Of a stretch of 64,000 bases of DNA, positions 57,058 through 64,000 are shown in pieces. The number at the start of each line of letters is the position of its first letter. The stretch's first letter is position 1. The DNA comes from Thraustochytrium aureum. Lineage: Eukaryota. The stretch lies in assembly GCA_012862495.1 (NCBI GenBank), contig BLSG01000410.1, positions 338,654-402,653 on the forward strand, written 5' to 3'. A program made the translations under genes and the position numbers. The notes under the pieces are model-generated. The model searched no databases and had not been told where the DNA came from. It worked only from the letters and a program-made list of their open reading frames with translations.

Positions 57058-59708
57058 ATGCTCGAAATGGCCGGCCGACCTCTCGATGCCGACGTGCACC
57101 TGACGGCGAGCGCTTCACCGGTCAGCTCTGCCGCCGCAAATGTGCCCAAGACGCTGCTGCCCGAGGCCCTGCGCGAGGCGAGCGCGTCTGCAGTGGAGCC
57201 AAAGGGTTGCGAGTGCAGGCTCCCGAGCCCGAGTCTCGCCCAGACCATCATGGTGCGTGACGTCGTGGTGATAAGCGTCAGCATCTGGTTCGCGTACGTA
57301 CAGCATGGCGAGATGTGTACGGAGAACACCTGACGCTCGTGCCGGTGGTGACAATGCTCATCCTCCGACAGCCCGTCAGTGAGACCTCTGTCGGGGCGCA
57401 GACGCAGCTCGCGCTGGCCGTAGGGCTGGCTTGTTCTGTTGGCATTGCGGTCGGTCTTGTGTGCGCCATTACTGCTGGGCGCTCCGTTGCGGGCATGCTC
57501 GTACTCTCGTTCGCGCTTACCTTCTTTGGGTTCATGTACATGTCGAGCTCGCCGCTGCGGCTCCTGCCCTCCGCGCTCGCGGTGATCATGGCCCAGCTGA
57601 CAATGGGCGACGGCTTTGAGGCGTTCCAGCGAGCGTCCGATACGGCGGTCTGGGACGCCGCGCGCTCTGCAGCGATTCTGCTCCTGGCTGTTGCTACAGC
57701 GCTTGTTCCAACGGTAGCGAGCGCGCTCGTCGTGTTCCCCTGGATGCACACAAATCAGCTTCGACGCCTCCAGGCGAAGCACCTCCGCTTGTTCGGTGAG
57801 CTGGTGGAGCGGCTCGGCGACGTGCTCCTGGATCCATCACCGAGCGCGCATTCCGCTTTCCAAGCGGCGCATGCCAAAACGCGCGCAGGTCGAATCCAAG
57901 TTTTGTCCTCCTCGTACCCCGCGCGTTGCGAGACGCGATGGCGATTTGACGGCCTTGGAACGCGCTTCGAGAAACTATACCTCGCCGTGAGGTATGCTTC
58001 CAAGACCGTGCAGGGCCTGGCCCTCGTCCTGGAAAAGGCGCACGGACAAACGCAGAGCGATATGTACCAGGCGGCGCATGTGACCTCCGCGGCAAGCGCG
58101 GTGCGCGCCTTTGCGGAGGCCTCAGCGAGGGCTTTGGAGTCGCCACCAGGTAGCCAAACCAGCGCAGAGACGTTCGCAGCGGCTAGCGCGGCGCACGTTG
58201 CGGCTCTCGAAGGCCTGCACGAGCTGCGGGCTGCCCTGCTAGCTCGCTTTGCTCGCGGCGAGTTCCAAGGCGCAGACGCGGGGCTAGTGAGCGCAGTAGC
58301 CGTGCTCCTCGACGAGCTCGCCAGGGAGCTGCCGGAAATCGAAGCCGCGCTGGCAGGCGTGTGCTGCGCTGCGCCGCGCTCCGCGGACCTCGGCTTGTGG
58401 GCCATTGACTGGCTGTCGACGGTTGACCTGGGCCGGCTCGGCCGACCAGGCGCGCTCGCGGTCCAGCCAGCCAGGAAAACATTCGCGAGGTCGACCAAGA
58501 GTCACAGCCATGTGTCCAAGCTGCACCGCGGCTTGGCCGCGACCGCGTCCTCCGACTCGTTTGTCGTGGCTCTCAAGGCTTCTATTGGGACCGTCGCCCT
58601 TCTAGCCCCAGCGTACGCCTCCGCGGCGGGCACTGATGTCGCGAGTAGCGCAACGAGCCTGGCCGTGGGGCTTCGATCTCTTCAGTCTGTCCAGCGACAA
58701 AAGCACCTCGGGGCTTGCTTTGAGCGCGCTTGGCAGCGGATCGTCTCGGCTGTGCTCGCGCTCGGCTATGCAGCGGCCATCGTCGAGGCCACTGCGGCGC
58801 TGGGGGCCGGCACGCTGGCGCTTTCGCTGCTGACTGTGCCGCTGATTTTCGTCTACCTCGCCAACAAGCACTTCGCTCCCAGGCACCTCTATCTGGGCTT
58901 CAGTATTGTCAAAGACGTAATCGTGATCGTCGCTGACCACCTCCTCGCCTCCAAGGCCAGCCCTGTTTGGCGCACCGGAGGGGTGATCTGCCTCTGGAAC
59001 GTCGCTGGCGCGCTCATTGGTCTTGCCTTGTGCCCAGTAGGCGTCCAAGTCTCTGCCAAGCGCTCGCTTCGTCGGCTCGTGGCAAAGGTCGTTGGCGAGT
59101 TTGTGCACATCCTTGAGGCTTGCGCTTTCGGGCAGGACACGACTTCGGCGGAGGACTATTGCTCGCGCATGCTTTTCGCGGCGGCACCAAAACTCCTCGA
59201 CGGAGCCGCGCGCGAGAGGACCATTGGCATGCCGCACCAGTGGTACGCGGACCTGGTCCGAGTCGCCGACCGGCTACTTCACGACTTGTGGTTGATCACC
59301 CACGTCGCGGGCCGTTCGCGTCAAGGCACCGGCTCGGCCTCGTTGGGGGTCGCGCGGCTCGAGCACGCGAGCACCATCGTCGCGCCGTCCTTTTTTATGC
59401 TTTCCGCAGCTTTGGAGCGCAACGAGACATTCGGGTTGACGCACCCCGTTGGGGCTTCTGCGAAGCTTGTCGAGCTCTTGTTGGACGAGGGCAGCGTCGG
59501 CGGTGATGTCCCGATGGACCTGGACGGCGACGCGCTCGTGTGCGAGGCAGACTGGCGCCGCCTCGAAAACTGCGCTGCTCAGTACGTCCTGAGAACTGTG
59601 CTTTTACGGATGGCGGAGGACCTTGGCGTGGCCTTTGACCACGTCGCCGCGAAAGTTGGTGTGCCGCAGTATGCAGGACCTTCAGTTGATAAGGCCAAGC
59701 TCGCCTAG
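57058..59708 (+). CDS. ALMT / fusaric-acid-resistance (FUSC)-like membrane transporter; frameshift at about 57310
   Basis: Two TM bundles, each followed by helical domains. SVGAQTQ, LVVFPW..NQLR, ALKASIG, LGACFERAWQRIVSAVL and SAKRSLRRLVA match the duplicated ArAE/ALMT layout. Confidence 0.6.
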
Positions 59709-60534
59709 CACCGTGCAGGTTTCGAGCGTCCAAAGGATGGAGCGCGCCGCGCACAGTCGCGTGTTCCGGCAGGCGGCGGGCGCGCATCGTTGTCGGCAAT
59801 CGTTCGGTCCGGGTGGCTGCGGCCACCGCGGCAACTTGAAGATCGCAGCCTCATCGATCAGAGATGAGCCGGAGCAGAGCCAGCACGACATTACTCAGGT
59901 GGTCCATGGTGCGTTGGGGTCCAAGACGACTTGTTGACAAGTTGTTGTGCACCGTCAGATAACAAAAGAATTGTTTGTCGTGTTGAGTCGAGTGCATTCC
60001 GGTCCATTCCGTTTGGCTGAAGCGCACCACCTGACCGTGGCAGCCACCTCTCCCCCCCGCGGCAAGAACGCAGCCTCATCGTGATGGCTCGAAATGAGCT
60101 CCTTGTCCACAGTCCTTGCGACGTTGTTTGATCAAGAGCACTGCGTGAAGATCCAGCCTCCTCACCCTTGCCCACCGGCGAGAGCGCGGCTTTCAAGGGA
60201 GCAAGCACACCTCATTTGTCGGTCACAAAACAAGCTCGTGCAAGGTGACTCTTCTTTCTACTCATTATCATTATTAGCGCTATGGCTCGGCGCTATGGCG
60301 CTCAGGATCGGTTCGAAAGCCAGCGCTCGGCGCCCCTGCCTCACCAGGGAGGTAAGTACCGTACTTGCAAACTTACTTGCTGTTTACTGCGTGTGTGCGT
60401 GCCACCAAAGCCGCCAGTGGCGCGTGCGCTGTGAAAGCCAGAGTGATACCTACTTCCAAGAGGCCAGAATGATGGGTCAAACTTCAAACTTGACTGTGCT
60501 CTTTTGGGGCTATTGGGGCTTTGGGGCTTGTGTA

Positions 60535-60855
60535 AAGGGAGGAGAGCGTGCCCTGTCGCATGCCAGAGGCAAAGCAGAGTTCCGCCTCCGAGTCCTCCGA
60601 GTCCTGCTTGCACAAGTCGTTGTGGTTGAGTGCCAGTGGCCCATGCGCCTCAGCTCAGGCGCTCTACTTTGCGCCGTCGGGCGCAACTCTGACGAATGCA
60701 CAAGAAAAGCCACTGGCAGAATGGGGCTTGCTCGGCATGGCAGACCGCCTTCGACGCGAGCCTGAGGTTGGTCTGCCTCGCTCGCGCGTGTGTGCAAATC
60801 AGTGCTCTTCTCAGCTTTCTGATGTCAAGGGAGGAGAGCGTGCCCTGTCGCATGC
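60535..60855. repeat. Pair of identical 29-bp direct repeats 292 bp apart
   Basis: AAGGGAGGAGAGCGTGCCCTGTCGCATGC at 60535-60563 and 60827-60855. Confidence 0.9.
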
Positions 60856-61057
60856 ATGCCACACTACAATAAGGAGTCACGTTTCCAGCGGAGTCCAATT
60901 GGTACGCTGAGAATCTGAATTCTGAATCTGTCTTGGCCACTGAGGTGGAGGTGATCGGCGACCAGAACCTCGAGGCAAGGAGGAGGGGTCTACTCTGCCG
61001 CACGAGGCCTTTTCGAAGAACACGGCTGACGTTTGCAAGAACGCGCCCTCCTGCCTC

Positions 61058-61130
61058 TGTGAAAGCGAGCCAAACCGTGAAAGCGAGCCAAACTGTGAAA
61101 GCGAGCCAAACCATGAGAGCGAGCCAGTCC
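61058..61130 (+). repeat. 18-bp tandem repeat (GTGAAAGCGAGCCAAACY) x about 4
   Basis: Three near-perfect units plus one degenerate unit. Confidence 0.85.
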
Positions 61131-61284
61131 TCGCTCATGACAAGCCACATGAGGATGAGCCACCACGACAAGGACAACGACCGCTGAGCTCGAGCGGTCT
61201 GAAGCAGATCCCAATCGCAAGCAAGCATCCACTTGAAGGCAGGAAACGCAGCCCAGCTTTGCCAAAAGAAAACACGACCCCAAA

Positions 61285-61980
61285 ATGAAGTTCATTGCCG
61301 TTCTCGCCAGTGGCACGCTCTTCGCGGCTCAAGCCAGCAGCGCGAGCGACAGCTCCAAGTTCATGTCGTTTCTCCCCAAGAGCACCTCGCCCCGCGCGCC
61401 GCTGAACATTCCGTTTGCAATCCAGGGGTCGAGCTGCAACGTGGCAGCCTTCACGACCTGCATGGCAGCCGCGCAAGCCAAGTACGAGGTCGTGCCCATT
61501 GACGACAACCTCAACCAGGACCCAGAGTACTGCCCCAAGTTCCAGCTGTGGCTAGATGCCGAGAAGGATTGTGCTGTGGTCAACAAGTGCGAGGCCGAGG
61601 TTTTCGCTGAGTGCTCGCTTTTTGTCTACGACCAAGGCGTTCAGACCAACCCGTACTGCCCGACCATCAAGCTCTGCAGCGACTACGGCGAGTGCAAAAT
61701 TTCCAACGTGGTGTCCTGCTTTGAAACGACTGAGTTCGAGTATGAGATTGGTTCATCCAATTGCGAAGTGCAAAAGCTGGAGACGGAGAAAGTTGTGGCC
61801 AAGTGCATGTCGTCGTGCCTCGACGCTGCCGAGCAAATCTGTGACCTGCAGTCTACTGCTCTTAAATGCGGTTTGGATTGCAAGGCCACTCTGTCGAACG
61901 CGCCGAGCTCGTCCGCCCCGGCTGACGTCGTGAGCGTTGCGCTGATCACCGCGCTCGCGGGCGTGGTGCTCCGTCAGTGA
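61285..61980 (+). CDS. Secreted Cys-rich, probably GPI-anchored surface protein (231 aa)
   Basis: Signal peptide MKFIAVLASGTLFAAQASS, 16 Cys, and a C-terminal SNAPSSS spacer followed by a hydrophobic tail. Confidence 0.8.
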   Translation: MKFIAVLASGTLFAAQASSASDSSKFMSFLPKSTSPRAPLNIPFAIQGSSCNVAAFTTCMAAAQAKYEVVPIDDNLNQDPEYCPKFQLWLDAEKDCAVVNKCEAEVFAECSLFVYDQGVQTNPYCPTIKLCSDYGECKISNVVSCFETTEFEYEIGSSNCEVQKLETEKVVAKCMSSCLDAAEQICDLQSTALKCGLDCKATLSNAPSSSAPADVVSVALITALAGVVLRQ

Positions 61981-62538
61981 TCTCTCTGCCCGATCCCATC
62001 GGTTCAGCATCCTTCGTGGCCTTGCCTCGTACTTACGTAGAGAGANNNNNNNNNNNNNNNNNNNNNNNNNNNNNNNNNNNNNNNNNNNNNNNNNNNNNNN
62101 NNNNNNNNNNNNNNNNNNNNNNNNNNNNNNNNNNNNNNNNNNNNNNNNNNNNNNNNNNNNNNNNNNNNNNNNNNNNNNNNNNNNNNNNNNNNNNNNNNNN
62201 NNNNNNNNNNNNNNNNNNNNNNNNNNNNNNNNNNNNNNNNNNNNNNNNNNNNNNNNNNNNNNNNNNNNNNNNNNNNNNNNNNNNNNNNNNNNNNNNNNNN
62301 NNNNNNNNNNNNNNNNNNNNNNNNNNNNNNNNNNNNNNNNNNNNNNNNNNNNNNNNNNNNNNNNNNNNNNNNNNNNNNNNNNNNNNNNNNNNNNNNNNNN
62401 NNNNNNNNNNNNNNNNNNNNNNNNNNNNNNNNNNNNNNNNNNNNNNNNNNNNNNNNNNNNNNNNNNNNNNNNNNNNNNNNNNNNNNNNNNNNNNNNNNNN
62501 NNNNNNNNNNNNNNNNNNNNNNNNNNNNNNNNNNNNNG

Positions 62539-63180
62539 GTCAAGCGCGTCAGCGTACTCGACCTCGGCTCCTTCGCCTGCGAGTGCGACTATGTGCTCCA
62601 GTGGTCGGGCGACAGGTCGGTGGAGGCGGTGAGCACGCTCGTGCGCTCGTTCTTCCAGTTCGCGAGCGAGATCGACGAGGGCGGTGAGTGCTCGCGCGGG
62701 CTCGCAAGGTTGTCTCGCTGCTCGCAAGTGCCAGGTCGGCTGACCTCGCGCTCGCGCCGTGGCCTAGAGGTTTCCAAGGTCAAGTTCTCCTCTGCTACAG
62801 AGCCCAAGCCCAGCCGCCACAACCGCAGCCGGAGCAGGACCGGCCCCGTGCTCAGCGGGGTGCGCAAGGTAAGTTGGGAGGCGCGGCACCTCGGCGTGGG
62901 ACTGCAGCGGGCTGACGCTGCGCCTCGGCCGCCCCCGCGAATCAAGGCCCACAACCAGGAAGACATCTACCTGCAGTGCAGGCGCGGCTCGAGCGCGCTG
63001 GTCGCCGTATTCGCAAAGTACGCGCCCTCCGAGGAGACGTCCAGCGCGGTGGACCGCTTCCTCGCATCCGTCGACGCAGCGCACAAGAGCGCCGGCGGCA
63101 ACGCCGCCTCACTCGAGCGGATGGTCTGCGCATTGATAACAGAGCACTTTGGCGTCAGCGAAGAAGAGGTGTTTACATAA
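62539..63180 (+). CDS. Hypothetical protein, 3' fragment (start in gap)
   Basis: Open frame from the gap edge to TAA at 63178-63180 with genome-typical codon use; convergent with UGGT. Confidence 0.55.
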   Translation, partial: VKRVSVLDLGSFACECDYVLQWSGDRSVEAVSTLVRSFFQFASEIDEGGECSRGLARLSRCSQVPGRLTSRSRRGLEVSKVKFSSATEPKPSRHNRSRSRTGPVLSGVRKVSWEARHLGVGLQRADAAPRPPPRIKAHNQEDIYLQCRRGSSALVAVFAKYAPSEETSSAVDRFLASVDAAHKSAGGNAASLERMVCALITEHFGVSEEEVFT

Positions 63181-63316
63181 ATAAGACGAAAAAGGGAATG
63201 CACAGCATCTTAGGGGGTTTGTACGCGACTGTCTGTTCCGCCGGCACCGCACCGCGGGGCATAGCAAGCGGCGTACGGGCTTTGGGCTCACACCTCTTGC
63301 CGCACGGGCTTTGGGC

Positions 63317-64000
63317 TCACACCTCTTGCCGGCCGCCGATGACGCCCTTGATCTCCTCGTCGAGCTCAACCCAAGACTGCTCGAAAAGCTCGCCCGAGAT
63401 CACTCTCTTGGCCATGTCCAGCTTGGGCTCCTTGTGCAGCGGGTTGTTGCAGAGGTCAATCGTTTTGGACTGCGCCTTGGTGTCGTCGCTGCACCAAGAC
63501 TCGCACCAGAGCCACTCTTGCGGCAGCGAGTGGATCGGCACCATGTGCTGCGCATAGTTGGGCAGGTCCTGGTCAAGGTTGGACAGCGAGTTCGGGTCCC
63601 GGCTGAGCTGGTCGTAGATGGCACGCAGTCGGTCGCCCACCATCATTCGCCTGAAGGCCTTCAGGTCCACCACGTACAGCGCAGAGATGTGGTACGGCCG
63701 CCCGCGCAGGTGGTTGCGCCAGTAGGACCCCTTGGCGTCCCAGAACCGAAACCCGGCGGTCTCCTCGCGGGAGCGGCAGAACGGCGTGTAGCCGTACGGG
63801 CGGCCCTGCAGGTCCAGGTCCCAGAGCTCCTTGAGGTCCGCACGCACAACTTGGTCTGCGTCGACATAGATCACCTTCGGCACGTCGAGCGGAAACAGGA
63901 CGTCGAGAAAGAGGATCTTGTAGCCCCAAATGATGCGCTGCTTTTCGGTCTGCCGCCGAAGCCAGTGCGGCCACTTGTAGGTGACCAGAGCGTACTGAAA
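63317..64000 (-). CDS. UGGT: UDP-glucose:glycoprotein glucosyltransferase, C-terminal GT24 domain (5' end outside window)
   Basis: [61 protein letters not shown] and TIDLCNNP. Confidence 0.97.
   Translation of the reverse strand, partial: FQYALVTYKWPHWLRRQTEKQRIIWGYKILFLDVLFPLDVPKVIYVDADQVVRADLKELWDLDLQGRPYGYTPFCRSREETAGFRFWDAKGSYWRNHLRGRPYHISALYVVDLKAFRRMMVGDRLRAIYDQLSRDPNSLSNLDQDLPNYAQHMVPIHSLPQEWLWCESWCSDDTKAQSKTIDLCNNPLHKEPKLDMAKRVISGELFEQSWVELDEEIKGVIGGRQEV

Noticed and set aside
640..57320. Calling the frameshifted genes pseudogenes
   Set aside because: Conserved motifs are intact on both sides of each break, including in normally essential SLU7. There are no accumulated stops, so assembly error is more parsimonious.
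60660..60740. Hammerhead ribozyme suggested by CTGACGA...GAAA
   Set aside because: Stem II cannot pair (ATGCACAA), and no arrangement gives a U-H cleavage site with stems I and III both formed.
60895..60935. TPP riboswitch suggested by GCTGAGA
   Set aside because: The downstream ACCTGA..AATNCCNGCG.AGGGA elements are absent.

Overview
A gene-dense, GC-rich eukaryotic scaffold with almost no introns, holding about 29 protein-coding genes and 17 N-gaps. The compact layout, (GCCT)n microsatellites and a CatSper3-type channel fit a thraustochytrid/labyrinthulomycete-like stramenopile; this is inferred, not proven. Recognisable genes are SLU7 (partial), SDHAF2, a GMC oxidoreductase, a GYF-GYF-cNMP-AGC kinase, a bacterial-type AlkB alkane 1-monooxygenase, two tandem FAR-17a/AIG1-like membrane proteins, cereblon (partial), a multi-PH protein, LPCAT, a class I/II aminotransferase, PP2A-B56, SPX-EXS (XPR1/SYG1), an alpha/beta hydrolase, VPS28, membralin, CatSper3, a 4xSH3 protein with a CHAP/BBC1-like Cys-hydrolase domain, an ATG22-like MFS transporter, an ALMT/FUSC-like transporter, a 16-Cys GPI-type protein and UGGT (partial). 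About a dozen single-base frameshifts, several in homopolymer runs, look like consensus errors, and two N-gaps appear closable. The best leads are the AlkB + GMC + AIG1-like neighbourhood (a possible alkane/lipid oxidation cluster), the SH3-CHAP protein, CatSper3, the GYF-cNMP kinase and a cereblon with an altered ligand pocket. I found no CRISPR array, rRNA, tRNA or transposase. All family assignments come from motif recognition; no database search was run.
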